Notes under the pieces: model-generated
Seen by the model: only the letters and a program-made list of their open reading frames with translations
What the model was told of the DNA's origin: nothing
Database searches by the model: none
Part shown: one piece after another, positions 16,655 to 25,821 of the stretch
How positions within the stretch are numbered: the first letter of the stretch is position 1
Layout of the letters: each line of letters begins with the position of its first letter
Translations under genes and position numbers: made by a program
Assembly (NCBI GenBank): GCA_003650785.1
Contig: QMRW01000002.1
Location: 1 to 40,411 of the forward strand
DNA length: 40,411 nucleotides
Direction: 5' to 3'
DNA from: Thermoprotei archaeon
GTDB lineage: Archaea; Thermoproteota; Thermoprotei; Thermofilales; B20-G17

Positions 16655-17563
16655 ATGAAAGATATGAGAACTACTATTTTCGGCTGGAGGGGAGTGAGTT
16701 TTGAACTACCAAGAGAGTGGGAACTTGTGAGAGAAGTGGTAGAGAAGAAACATGGTTACTTCGATATGGAAGATGAACTTATGTTGAGACTTAGAGTCTA
16801 CTGGGAAAGAATTCCTTTCGAAAAAAGTCCAGAATTAATAGATCAATTGAATAAAATAATAAAGCAACTTAAGAAGAAGAGTAAGGAGTTAAAAACAGTA
16901 GGAAGGCTAAGAATGAAAGTACATGGTCATGATGCCATCCTCACAAGGGTTAAATTAAGTCCTCCCTTAGAGATGCTACTTCTCGTATGGTATTGTGAAG
17001 ATAGAGAGAGGAGTTATGTCATCCATTTATACTACAAAACTAAAGAATACGAGTACATAGAAGATGTATTTAGGAAAATAGTCAGTAGTTTAAGGTGTCA
17101 TGGAAAAGAGTATCTATGGAGTTTTCAAGGAATTTCAATAAGATTGCCCTCTGAATACGAGGCAGTTGCCTATAGAGTCACTTCCGGATTAAGTTGGCTT
17201 AGACTGTACAATTCTAAAACTAGAGACTACATATTCATTCTCTATAATACTATGGGAAGTGAATTACTAAGAGACTATTATAGAAGTGTTCATGAATGGT
17301 ATTTAGACTTAGTCAAAAAGGAGGTCAGTAAAATAATAGGTAAACGTGTAGAAAGGGGGCGTGAGAATACTAAAATTGCGTACCATAGTGGTATCAAGAT
17401 CAGAGAAGGGACCATGGCTTTGCTTAGAAAAAAAGTGAATACAATTTCATACATCTGGTACTGTGATAAAACTAATAGATTGATCTCAGTAGTCATAGCA
17501 CCATCTAAGGCGAAAGACCTCGAAAAGTTACAGAGAGTCATGGATACTATAAGGTGTCATTGA
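16655..17563 (+). CDS. Hypothetical protein built from two tandem ~150-aa repeats
   Basis: Each half starts (W/F)xG(V/I)S(F/I)xLPxE(W/Y)E, contains WYC and ends in RCH. Confidence 0.75.
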   Translation: MKDMRTTIFGWRGVSFELPREWELVREVVEKKHGYFDMEDELMLRLRVYWERIPFEKSPELIDQLNKIIKQLKKKSKELKTVGRLRMKVHGHDAILTRVKLSPPLEMLLLVWYCEDRERSYVIHLYYKTKEYEYIEDVFRKIVSSLRCHGKEYLWSFQGISIRLPSEYEAVAYRVTSGLSWLRLYNSKTRDYIFILYNTMGSELLRDYYRSVHEWYLDLVKKEVSKIIGKRVERGRENTKIAYHSGIKIREGTMALLRKKVNTISYIWYCDKTNRLISVVIAPSKAKDLEKLQRVMDTIRCH

Positions 17564-17567
17564 AACA

Positions 17568-18056
17568 CTAGGAGTTCGCAGTTCTCGCCATTAAATAAGC
17601 ATCTTCACCATTGTGGTAATATCTAGGTATGATATTGACTGTCTTAAAGCCGAGTTTTCTATAAAGAGAGATAGCTGGAGTATTCGATTTCCTTACTTCA
17701 AGGTAATATTCACTAACTTTATATACATTCTTCATGGCTTCCATAGCCCTCTTCATAAGTGCTGTACCTATACCTCTTCTCCTAGCCTCTGGAAGTACTG
17801 CTAGAGATATCACGTGACCCTTTTTAACTATGAATCTCTCTCCTACTAGAGATCTTCCATATTCAACCCTGCACATAACATATCCTACAACTTCCCCATT
17901 TAGTTCTGCCACTAAGAAAGCTTTAGGAAAGGATCTATAGTGTTCGACAAAGAAAAAGGGTGGATAGTTCTCAGGTAGTGTTGTACGATTTATATATAAT
18001 ACCCTATCCAGATCTTTGAGTTGGAATTCTCGTATTATAAATCCCTCATTCTTCAC
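17568..18056 (-). CDS. ard1: Protein N-terminal acetyltransferase (Ard1/RimI family)
   Basis: INRTTLPENY, GYVMCRVE, GHVISLAV, RRRGIG, LEVRKSN, YYHNGEDAYLM. Confidence 0.93.
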   Translation of the reverse strand: MKNEGFIIREFQLKDLDRVLYINRTTLPENYPPFFFVEHYRSFPKAFLVAELNGEVVGYVMCRVEYGRSLVGERFIVKKGHVISLAVLPEARRRGIGTALMKRAMEAMKNVYKVSEYYLEVRKSNTPAISLYRKLGFKTVNIIPRYYHNGEDAYLMARTANS

Positions 18057-18534
18057 TCTTTCTACCTCTCTCCCTAATATATTTGATCACTATAATAACT
18101 ACTATAACTATTAATACTGAATACAATAACCATGGTGACCTTGAATAGATTAGCGATAATATTCCAAGATATGGTACTATTAACAGAACTTTTCCTTTAA
18201 CTTTGTTCCTTTCTATGGGTCTTAGATCCTCTGTAGGATTAGCATCTCCTTTGGTGACATATTTACCTGTATCCGTTATCCTTACTAGTCTATGTACTAT
18301 CAGATTAGAACCTCTTTCAAAGACTATGATGTCTCCTTCTCTATAGAGATTACTTCCTACAACTACTATCATATCCCCTATATGTAAGGTAGGATCCATA
18401 CTATAACTTGAAACTGTTGCAAGAGGAACTGGAGTACTCAGTATATTCGATATTATATTCACAAAGAATATAACAATGAGAATTAATAAAACAAGTAGTA
18501 TGTTCTCTAATACCTGCCTCTTCGATATCTTCAG
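18046..18534 (-). CDS. sec11: Signal peptidase I (Sec11 type), probable CTG start at 18534
   Basis: SYSMDP (catalytic Ser), IVHR (His), TKGDAN. The frame stays open 24 codons upstream of the track's GTG (18462) and encodes a basic-then-hydrophobic TM anchor. Confidence 0.9.
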   Translation of the reverse strand: MKISKRQVLENILLVLLILIVIFFVNIISNILSTPVPLATVSSYSMDPTLHIGDMIVVVGSNLYREGDIIVFERGSNLIVHRLVRITDTGKYVTKGDANPTEDLRPIERNKVKGKVLLIVPYLGILSLIYSRSPWLLYSVLIVIVVIIVIKYIRERGRKSEE

Positions 18535-18888
18535 TTCGATCCCCTGTGCTAAGAAAATTAAACTACTATAAATACACTTATCCTGAACTCAGATTATGGA
18601 CCTATACGTTAAATAATGATTCTATATACTTATTTCCGATAACATGATGAAGTCCATTCTTTATCGATGCTGTTCTGGATATATAGTAGCATTTGTGGAA
18701 GACTACTATCTCCTATCTGTATTTTTATTTGTATAATAGTGTTTATCTCAATATATATCATAAGTAACATAGAATTATACCAAATTACATATATTATATG
18801 TAGATTTTATACGTACTATTACTACTAAATAGCACACTAGCCCCGAGAGCAATCTATATATAGAAGCGCTATACAGAAAAGTGAGGGT

Positions 18889-20547
18889 GTGAGTATGGCA
18901 GGTAGGGGTATGGCAGGTAGAGGTAAGGCTATAGCTATTCCTGCAATAATACTAAAAGAGGGAACACAGAGAACTGTAGGTGCTGAAGCAAGACGGACTA
19001 ACATACTGGCTGCACGCGTTCTTGCAGAAATGCTCTCGACCTCTCTAGGTCCTAGAGGAATGGATAAACTTCTAGTTGATAGCTTTGGAAGTGCGACTAT
19101 AACAGGTGATGGTGCCACTATTCTAAAGGAGATGGATATTCAACACCCTGTGGCGAAGATGTTAGTAGAGGTAGCTAAGGCCCAAGATGAGGAAGTTGGT
19201 GATGGAACTACAAGTGTAGTAGTACTTGCTGGGGAGCTTCTGAAGAATGCAGAGGAACTACTCCTAGAGAATATTCACCCAACCATAATAATGGAGGGGT
19301 ACAAGAAAGCGCTTGAGTATTCACTGAAAGTAATAGATGAAATAGGAATTAAAGTGGACCCACTAGATAGGGAAGTACTCAGACAAGTAGCTGAGACAGC
19401 ATTAGCTAGTAAGGTAGTCTCAGAGTATAAGAGTATGCTAGCAAATCTTGCTGTTGAAGCTATACTACACATAGCACAAAAACTACCAGATGGTACCTAC
19501 AAAGTAGATCTAGATGATGTAAAAGTAGAAAAGAAGAAAGGAGAATCTATAGACCAAACCACATTAGTTAAAGGAATAGTACTAGATAAAGAGGTTGTAC
19601 ACCCAGGGATGCCTAAGAGAGTGGAGAATGCAAAAATAGCCCTACTAAACTGTCCGCTTGAAATAGAAAAACCGGAATGGAGTGCTAAGATAAGAGTCTC
19701 TAGCCCAGATCAGTTAAAAGCATTCCTCGACCAGGAGGCTGAAGTACTAAAGAAAATGGTAGATAAGATAGCCTCTATAGGAGCAAATGTCTTAATAACA
19801 CAAAAGGGAATAGATGACCTTGCACAACACTTCCTAGCAAAGAACGGTATACTTGCCGTTAGAAGGGTCAAGAAGTCTGATGTAGAGAAGATAGCCAAAG
19901 CTACTGGAGCTAAAGTAGTCACGAGTATTGAAGACTTAAAGCCAGAGGATCTAGGGGAAGCTAAACTAGTAGAAGAGAGAAAAGTTGGAGAAGACAAGAT
20001 GGTGTTCATCGAAGGTTGTCCTAATCCTAGAGCTGTTACTATCCTAGTAAGAGGAGGAGCAGAACATATAGTAGATGAGGTAGAGAGAGCTATTCATGAC
20101 GCCCTCTGTGTCTCTCGTAATATAATAAGAGAGCCTAAAATAGTAGCTGGAGGAGGAGCACCTGAGTTCGAAATAGCAAGACGACTTAGGGAATTTGCTA
20201 GTAGTCTCGGTAGTAAAGAACAACTAGCAGTACTCAAATATGCAGATGCATTAGAATCCATACCGACTATACTAGCTAGAAATGCGGGTATGGAGCCTGT
20301 TGATGTGATAGTAGAACTTAGGACTAGACATGATAGAGGAGAACTATGGGCCGGTGTAGATGTACTAAATGGCAGAATAGATGACATGATGAAGCTTAAA
20401 GTTCTAGAGCCTACAATAGTAACGAAACAAAAGCTAAAATCCGCTACTGAAGCAGCCGAAATGATACTCAGGATAGACGACATAATCGCTGCAGCTCCTC
20501 CCAAGGAGAGAGGAAAAGAAAAGGAAGAAGTCCCACCTGAGTACTAA
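18889..20547 (+). CDS. ths: Thermosome (group II chaperonin) subunit
   Basis: [45 protein letters not shown]. Confidence 0.97.
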   Translation: MSMAGRGMAGRGKAIAIPAIILKEGTQRTVGAEARRTNILAARVLAEMLSTSLGPRGMDKLLVDSFGSATITGDGATILKEMDIQHPVAKMLVEVAKAQDEEVGDGTTSVVVLAGELLKNAEELLLENIHPTIIMEGYKKALEYSLKVIDEIGIKVDPLDREVLRQVAETALASKVVSEYKSMLANLAVEAILHIAQKLPDGTYKVDLDDVKVEKKKGESIDQTTLVKGIVLDKEVVHPGMPKRVENAKIALLNCPLEIEKPEWSAKIRVSSPDQLKAFLDQEAEVLKKMVDKIASIGANVLITQKGIDDLAQHFLAKNGILAVRRVKKSDVEKIAKATGAKVVTSIEDLKPEDLGEAKLVEERKVGEDKMVFIEGCPNPRAVTILVRGGAEHIVDEVERAIHDALCVSRNIIREPKIVAGGGAPEFEIARRLREFASSLGSKEQLAVLKYADALESIPTILARNAGMEPVDVIVELRTRHDRGELWAGVDVLNGRIDDMMKLKVLEPTIVTKQKLKSATEAAEMILRIDDIIAAAPPKERGKEKEEVPPEY

Positions 20548-20557
20548 GTGAAGTCTG

Positions 20558-20821
20558 ATGAGAGATAAGATAAAGAGTATAGTGGGGCCCAAAAAACTAA
20601 CTAGGTATGAGCTAGCTAGGGTAATAGGTGCTAGAGCTTTACAAATAGCTCTCGGAGCACCCGTACTGATAAAAATACCTCCTGGAATAACAGATCCAAT
20701 AGATATAGCAATGCTAGAGCTAAAGAGAGGAATCCTACCAATAATAATAAGGAGGAGACTGCCCAACAACGAGTATCAAGATATCCCAGTAAGCACCTTA
20801 CTAAGTAGTAGCGAGGAATAG
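20558..20821 (+). CDS. rpoK: RNA polymerase subunit K (Rpo6)
   Basis: [22 protein letters not shown]...[10 protein letters not shown]. Confidence 0.96.
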   Translation: MRDKIKSIVGPKKLTRYELARVIGARALQIALGAPVLIKIPPGITDPIDIAMLELKRGILPIIIRRRLPNNEYQDIPVSTLLSSSEE

Positions 20822-20838
20822 TATTTTTCCTATCGCAA

Positions 20839-21177
20839 TCAAATATTCACATCAACTTTGTACTCTTTCCCCCTAATTACTACCTCTATCTCATCTCCTA
20901 TGTCCGGTTTTCTTGGTAATTTACTCCACTCATCCTCACTTAAGTATAATACCAGTCTAGGATATCTCATTCTACCTCTGGCAGTCAGGGACCTAATGAC
21001 CTGGCTAACTACGGGGATGACCTCCCTCATAAGCTCGGATTGAGGACCTTGCATTGTAATTATAGGTCCAGGAACTTCTCTCTCCTCGACAAACTCAAGT
21101 TTTACAAAGTTCTCTCCAGTAGGATCTGTTATTAACGTCTTACTTACCAATACTGCTTTAAATTTAACTTCTAACAT
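20839..21177 (-). CDS. rkd-1: Arcadin-1
   Basis: VSKxLxxDPTGxxFVKLEFVEERExPGP...LMREVIPVVSQVIRSL...PRLxLYLSEDE...DIGDxIEV matches Pyrobaculum arcadin-1 as I recall it. It lies 2.5 kb from crenactin. Confidence 0.88.
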   Translation of the reverse strand: MLEVKFKAVLVSKTLITDPTGENFVKLEFVEEREVPGPIITMQGPQSELMREVIPVVSQVIRSLTARGRMRYPRLVLYLSEDEWSKLPRKPDIGDEIEVVIRGKEYKVDVNI

Positions 21178-21321
21178 GTGTTACACTCACTTTATCTCGC
21201 TTATAACAGTATATAAAAGCGACGGTAGTACTAAAGACACCACTCTCATTCTATAACTCTCTATGAAGATAACTACAAGTAGATTTTTCTAGATCTGAGT
21301 AAAATAATACTTGGTGAAGGT

Positions 21322-21828
21322 ATGTCTGAGTTCGATGAGTGGTGGAAGAGAACTAGGAAATTCTTTGAAGATATAGATAGGCTTTTCGACGAGCTAATCA
21401 GAGAGTCTCTAGGAGAAGAAAGACGAAGGAGAGTCTTCGGACCATACTACTATGGGTTCAGAGTTACTATAGGTCCTGACGGAGTGCCTAAAGTTGAAGA
21501 ATGGGGTAATGTGAGGCCAGGTCCTATAAGACCTAGAATATCCGAGGCTATTGAGCCCTTTACCGATACGATAGAAGAAGAGGATGTCATAAGGATAGTA
21601 GCCGACATTCCAGGTGTTGAAAAGGAGAAGATAGATATTGAAGCTACTGAGGATACCGTAGTGATATCGGCTTCTAATGAAGATAGAAGGTACTATAAAG
21701 AGGTTCGACTACCAGCACCAGTGAAACCTGAAACAGCTAAGGCTACATATAGGAACGGTGTACTGACTATAACCATAGAAAAGAAGGAAAAGATCAAGAG
21801 AAGAGGATTTAGGATAAAGATAGATTAA
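21322..21828 (+). CDS. hsp20: Archaeal small heat shock protein Hsp20
   Basis: GPYYYGFRVTIGPDGVP, ADIPGVEKEKI, KATYRNGVL and a C-terminal IKI (IXI) motif. Confidence 0.95.
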   Translation: MSEFDEWWKRTRKFFEDIDRLFDELIRESLGEERRRRVFGPYYYGFRVTIGPDGVPKVEEWGNVRPGPIRPRISEAIEPFTDTIEEEDVIRIVADIPGVEKEKIDIEATEDTVVISASNEDRRYYKEVRLPAPVKPETAKATYRNGVLTITIEKKEKIKRRGFRIKID

Positions 21829-21832
21829 TTCA

Positions 21833-21838
21833 TTTTTT
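21833..21838 (+). terminator. Oligo-T terminator after hsp20
   Basis: TTTTTT a few nt after the stop codon. Confidence 0.45.
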
Positions 21839-21973
21839 AAAATACTATCTTAGAACTTTCTCATGTATATACTCAATACTATTGAGACTCTTAGAATACG
21901 TTATCGTAAGACCGAGAAAGGAAAGATTTATATTACGATTGACTAAGAGGAAGCAGAGAAAGACGGTGATAGT

Positions 21974-22252
21974 ATGGAGGCACCAACAGGAGAAGTGAGA
22001 GTAGGTGCTAAACCGACAATGAACTACGTACTAGCGACAGTAATACAGTTCAATCAAGGTGCTAAAAATGTAGTTCTAAAGGCTAGAGGTAGAGCAATAC
22101 TGAAAGCTATAAACGCAGCACAGATTACAGTAAATAGATTCCTAAGAGATCAGGTAGAGATCAAGGATGTAAAGATAGGCAGTGAAGTAGTAGGAGAACC
22201 AGATAAACCTAGAAACATATCGACTATAGAAATACTATTAGAGAGGAAGTAG
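21974..22252 (+). CDS. albA: Chromatin protein Alba
   Basis: VGAKPTMNYVLA, LKARGRAI, IGSE, STIEILL. Confidence 0.93.
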   Translation: MEAPTGEVRVGAKPTMNYVLATVIQFNQGAKNVVLKARGRAILKAINAAQITVNRFLRDQVEIKDVKIGSEVVGEPDKPRNISTIEILLERK

Positions 22253-22257
22253 TTTTT

Positions 22258-22530
22258 CTACCATACTCTCATAGCTAAAATCCACGACATAATGATTAGT
22301 ACTACCACTGCTAAAAGATTCACCATACTAGTACCTCCAGGATCTATTATGAAAGCATATACACTTACTATGAGAGTTATTGTAAGGACCTGTCCATAGT
22401 ACTTCATTATCTTAAACCGAACCTCCATTCTACCATCTCTTCTTGCTTTAATAGTCATTATTAAAGCAAGAGCAAATGAAAGTACTGATAGAGATACCGA
22501 TATAACAGTGATGATATATTCTATTACCAT
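22258..22530 (-). CDS. Small three-TM hypothetical membrane protein
   Basis: Three hydrophobic segments. Last gene of a tightly packed minus-strand triplet. Confidence 0.65.
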   Translation of the reverse strand: MVIEYIITVISVSLSVLSFALALIMTIKARRDGRMEVRFKIMKYYGQVLTITLIVSVYAFIIDPGGTSMVNLLAVVVLIIMSWILAMRVW

Positions 22531-22540
22531 AAATTAGACC

Positions 22541-22900
22541 TCATAAGTCTATGAATTCAGGAGATCTCTTAAGCTTGATTATCGGTATATGAATCCATCC
22601 AGGTCTTATACCATCTTCTACTCTTACTTGCTCTTTTGACGTTAAGTTAATCAGAAGATATTTTCCTTTTAACTCACTCTTATTCCTATAATAATAGAAT
22701 ACAGGGATACCATACATTTTGTAGTAGTCTTTAAGCACTGCTAGTAGACCATAAATATATGAGCCATCCCTACCTTTAAACGACATTATATATATGGGGT
22801 ATCCCATACTCGACATTGAAGCGGCGAATCTCGCTAGAGAATCAAGTCCTTCAACCTCTATATTTACACAATGCTTAAACCTTTCATTTAAATTCTCCAT
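22541..22900 (-). CDS. Conserved crenarchaeal hypothetical protein
   Basis: IEVxxLDSLARFA...DYYxxYGIPVFYYY...IPIIKLK. Abuts the upstream gene. Confidence 0.7.
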   Translation of the reverse strand: MENLNERFKHCVNIEVEGLDSLARFAASMSSMGYPIYIMSFKGRDGSYIYGLLAVLKDYYKMYGIPVFYYYRNKSELKGKYLLINLTSKEQVRVEDGIRPGWIHIPIIKLKRSPEFIDL

Positions 22901-23275
22901 CTATTGAGCCTCCACTTTAATATTTACTCGTAATCCTTCTTTTAAGTTTCTAAGAGTGTGTAGGTACTCATCATGTTCCAATCTGCCTAGAATAGTAACT
23001 CTTCTTGTTAACCTCTGTGACTTAAGTGCGATATAAATGCTCTTAGTAGATGGGGAATAGAATACATCTCCTACCTCTACTCGTGTAGTAGGCTTCTCTA
23101 AAATTGAGGAGGCTCCGAGAGGGATCTCTACAAGTCCCTCTCCTATGCGATATACTCTACACTTACTCGGTATATTCCCTATAAGTTTACTAGTACAAAG
23201 AGGGGCCTTAATACCATCTATTATCAATACTGCTAGCACTCCGTCCTTCGTTTCTAGTATTACCCTATATTTCAA
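22901..23275 (-). CDS. Cyclophilin-like fold protein (DUF369/TM1367-like)
   Basis: APL...EKPTTRVEVGDVFYSPSTKSIYI...VTILGR pattern. Confidence 0.75.
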   Translation of the reverse strand: MKYRVILETKDGVLAVLIIDGIKAPLCTSKLIGNIPSKCRVYRIGEGLVEIPLGASSILEKPTTRVEVGDVFYSPSTKSIYIALKSQRLTRRVTILGRLEHDEYLHTLRNLKEGLRVNIKVEAQ

Positions 23276-23350
23276 GAGCTACCCCTCGATTATTGAATTG
23301 AAAGGATATATTTTTTACTACTCGTAGTAAGGATTACTAGGTGACTGTTA

Positions 23351-23566
23351 ATGAATCTCTCTCAGTTTAAAGATCCGAAGGATGCACTAAAATACCTTAA
23401 AAAAGAAAGGAAGAGGCTTGAGAAAGAGATGGAATTATTACTTAAGAAAAGAGATAGAGGAGAGATTGATGATGAGGAGTTCAATAGTAAAAAGAGAGAG
23501 ATTGAGAGAAAATTTATAGAGATAATGGATAGAATAGCCCAAATGAAGTACTTATCTGGTGTTTAA
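23351..23566 (+). CDS. Small coiled-coil protein with SHOCT-like motif
   Basis: GGTGA SD before the ATG. LLKKRDRGEIDDEEFNSKKREI resembles the SHOCT GxIxxEEFxxxK motif. Confidence 0.75.
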   Translation: MNLSQFKDPKDALKYLKKERKRLEKEMELLLKKRDRGEIDDEEFNSKKREIERKFIEIMDRIAQMKYLSGV

Positions 23567-23655
23567 GTGAATAGAAGTAAAATAATACTTTCACCCTACC
23601 CTCTTCTATCACATTTATTAAGTTAGGTGAAAGTTAACTATTGAGGTGGAAGATA

Positions 23656-24921
23656 ATGAGCGATCTGGAAAAGTATAAACTCAAGTATGCCTTTGCAGAG
23701 GATTATGGTACTAGCTACTATAAATTTGGACCTGTTGGAGAGACACCAGACATAATAGAGAATAGAGGTATAATACTGGACAAAATATCCATAGTTTCAA
23801 AAATCATGGGTATTGAAAAAAATATTATAGTCGGTCCCGAAGTAGCCACCTATATAGGACATAGAGAGGCTATAGGAAGGCATTTAGTATATCCTATGAG
23901 AGATGGTCTAGTGGAAAAAGAGAATGAAAGAAGTTGGAGAGTAATCTACGAGATCACTAAGTACGGACTTAATAAACACAGACCCATAGCTTCAGATTTT
24001 AAAGGATTCTATGTAGCTGCTGCTCTCTCAGCTATAGCACCAGAATACATGTACCGGAGGATCTTCGAAATACATCAGAAGATAGATGAAGAAACGGGAT
24101 TAGTTAAGGCCGTCACTATAATACCTCAGCCCTTAGCTGTTGCTATAGCAGAAAAATCCATAACCTGTATAGTGGTGGAGTCAGGACATGGTAATACGCA
24201 GATAACTCCTATCTCTAGATACCCGATTAGAGAGGCTATACTCTCCCTCAATAGAGGAGGAGCAGAGGCAGATGCCATTACAGCAGAGATCTTAAAGGAT
24301 TGCGGATATGGCGATCTAGCTAGAGAAGAGAAACTGATAAGATGTATCAAGGAGTCGATAGGTCTAATACCTACTGACTTGCAGACTAGTATTGAAAAAG
24401 CAAAAAAGGACCCTGAGAGATTTAGAGCAGTATTCCACATACCGAATACTACTATTACGATAGATTTAGAGGAGAACTCATGGATGAGATTCTTGATAGG
24501 AGAGATAGTATTCGATCCTGAAAACGAAATATTTGAAAGTTTTTACAGAAAAGGAATGCCTAGACCGAGGGATACAATGGTTGGCGATACGAGAATTCCT
24601 GGAACCATAGACATGGCTAGAGCTATTATAATGTCAGCAGAAAGGACATCTTTCGAGGTACAAATGTACCTCTATAGAAAGATAATACTTAGTGGTGGAA
24701 ACTTCTCATGGAAAGTTCCTAGAGGTCTTGAAGATGCAGCAACTGATGCGGCAACTAAAATCATGAGTATGCTTAAGAAATACAACATCGAAGCTAGGGT
24801 AGAGCTAACAAAGGATCCCATGTACTCGGTGTGGAAAGGTGCACTTGTCTATGCAATAGCAGTTCCAGATGAATATGAGTGGAATTGGGAAAGTATGGAA
24901 GGTTGGTATAAGTGGAGGTAG
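23656..24921 (+). CDS. Crenactin (archaeal actin)
   Basis: Phosphate-1 EDYGTSYYKFG, YPMRDG, IPQPLAVA, phosphate-2 VESGHGNTQITPI, adenosine ILSGGNF, YSVWKG and the WNWESMEGW tail. GAGGTG SD favours ATG 23656. Confidence 0.96.
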   Translation: MSDLEKYKLKYAFAEDYGTSYYKFGPVGETPDIIENRGIILDKISIVSKIMGIEKNIIVGPEVATYIGHREAIGRHLVYPMRDGLVEKENERSWRVIYEITKYGLNKHRPIASDFKGFYVAAALSAIAPEYMYRRIFEIHQKIDEETGLVKAVTIIPQPLAVAIAEKSITCIVVESGHGNTQITPISRYPIREAILSLNRGGAEADAITAEILKDCGYGDLAREEKLIRCIKESIGLIPTDLQTSIEKAKKDPERFRAVFHIPNTTITIDLEENSWMRFLIGEIVFDPENEIFESFYRKGMPRPRDTMVGDTRIPGTIDMARAIIMSAERTSFEVQMYLYRKIILSGGNFSWKVPRGLEDAATDAATKIMSMLKKYNIEARVELTKDPMYSVWKGALVYAIAVPDEYEWNWESMEGWYKWR

Positions 24922-24931
24922 TGTACTCGAA

Positions 24932-25639
24932 ATGAATTCCATAGAGGACTTTAAAGAAGTAATAATCGAGCACTTTCGTAGAAGAGGATGTACGCGACCT
25001 CAAGTAGATATATCTGAAGATGTCATTAAGCAAGTGGATCTAGTACTTCAGGATGCTAATAACTTATTAGCCTTTAGAATATTTCGTGGTATAGTATACT
25101 CCGCAGCGGAGTTCAGAGTAATGATAGATGAAGAGATACTTAGAGCTACTAAATTAACCGAGGTATTCGATAAAGTGTACATAGTGATTCCAGATACTTA
25201 TACCGACATGGCTAGATCAGTGATAAGTGGTAGAATTCTCGATGAAGTAGGAATAGGGATTATAGCAGTAGATGAACATGGTAATGTAGAAGAACTCCTA
25301 GTACCCAGACCTACAAAACTTACTCGAAGAGAACTAGGAAAGGGAATAGAAGAGATAGTAGGTGACCTAAGGCGGAGAATAGATGAAATAGAACTACTTT
25401 ATAACTCACTAAAGACAGAGTTTGGAGTACTGTCCGAAAAAATTACTAAAATTGAGAGAACTCTTAGCATGCTCAGAGAAGAGGTAGATGTACTCAAAGG
25501 AAAGCTATCTACCCTACCCACTAGGCATGAAATTATTGAAGAAATAGGTGAGAAAACTCTTGCTCCGGTAGAGGAATTACCTTCCTTCGCTAAGAATAAT
25601 CCTTGGCTTGAGATTCTTAGAAAACGGGAGAGAGAATGA
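24932..25639 (+). CDS. rkd-2: Arcadin-2 (crenactin depolymerisation factor)
   Basis: Directly after crenactin, with a coiled coil and C-terminal LPSFAKNNPWLEILRKR. ATG 24932 follows GGAGGT. Confidence 0.85.
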   Translation: MNSIEDFKEVIIEHFRRRGCTRPQVDISEDVIKQVDLVLQDANNLLAFRIFRGIVYSAAEFRVMIDEEILRATKLTEVFDKVYIVIPDTYTDMARSVISGRILDEVGIGIIAVDEHGNVEELLVPRPTKLTRRELGKGIEEIVGDLRRRIDEIELLYNSLKTEFGVLSEKITKIERTLSMLREEVDVLKGKLSTLPTRHEIIEEIGEKTLAPVEELPSFAKNNPWLEILRKRERE

Positions 25640-25821
25640 CAGAAGTAGATGAAACTAAGTTAATGAGGGAAATCTTAGACTTGATAGATAGTAGAACTGA
25701 CTATGACGAAAGTGTTAAAAAGTTGGCTAAGGATATTCTCATAACCTTCAAGAGAGAGGGGAAGAAGGGAGTTGAAAAAATAATTAACAAGTTAATCGAG
25801 GGAATTAGTTCCGATGTCTAG
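25636..25821 (+). CDS. rkd-3: Arcadin-3, small helical protein
   Basis: 61 aa, overlaps arcadin-2 (ATGA) and the SMC-like gene. Assigned mainly by synteny. Confidence 0.7.
   Translation: MTEVDETKLMREILDLIDSRTDYDESVKKLAKDILITFKREGKKGVEKIINKLIEGISSDV

Noticed and set aside
18644-18700. ATGATGA C-box-like motif in the sec11-thermosome gap
   Set aside because: No properly spaced D', C' and D boxes follow.
18560-18880. AT-rich gap as a replication origin
   Set aside because: No ORB-like repeats or G-strings, and no cdc6/whiP gene in the window.
21262-21298. ATGAAGA...CTGA upstream of hsp20 as a C/D sRNA
   Set aside because: Too short, lacks internal D'/C' boxes and overlaps the expected promoter.
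23641-24931. Track starts for crenactin (TTG 23641) and arcadin-2 (ATG 24869)
   Set aside because: SD positions favour ATG 23656 and ATG 24932, and the longer arcadin-2 would overlap crenactin by 53 nt.
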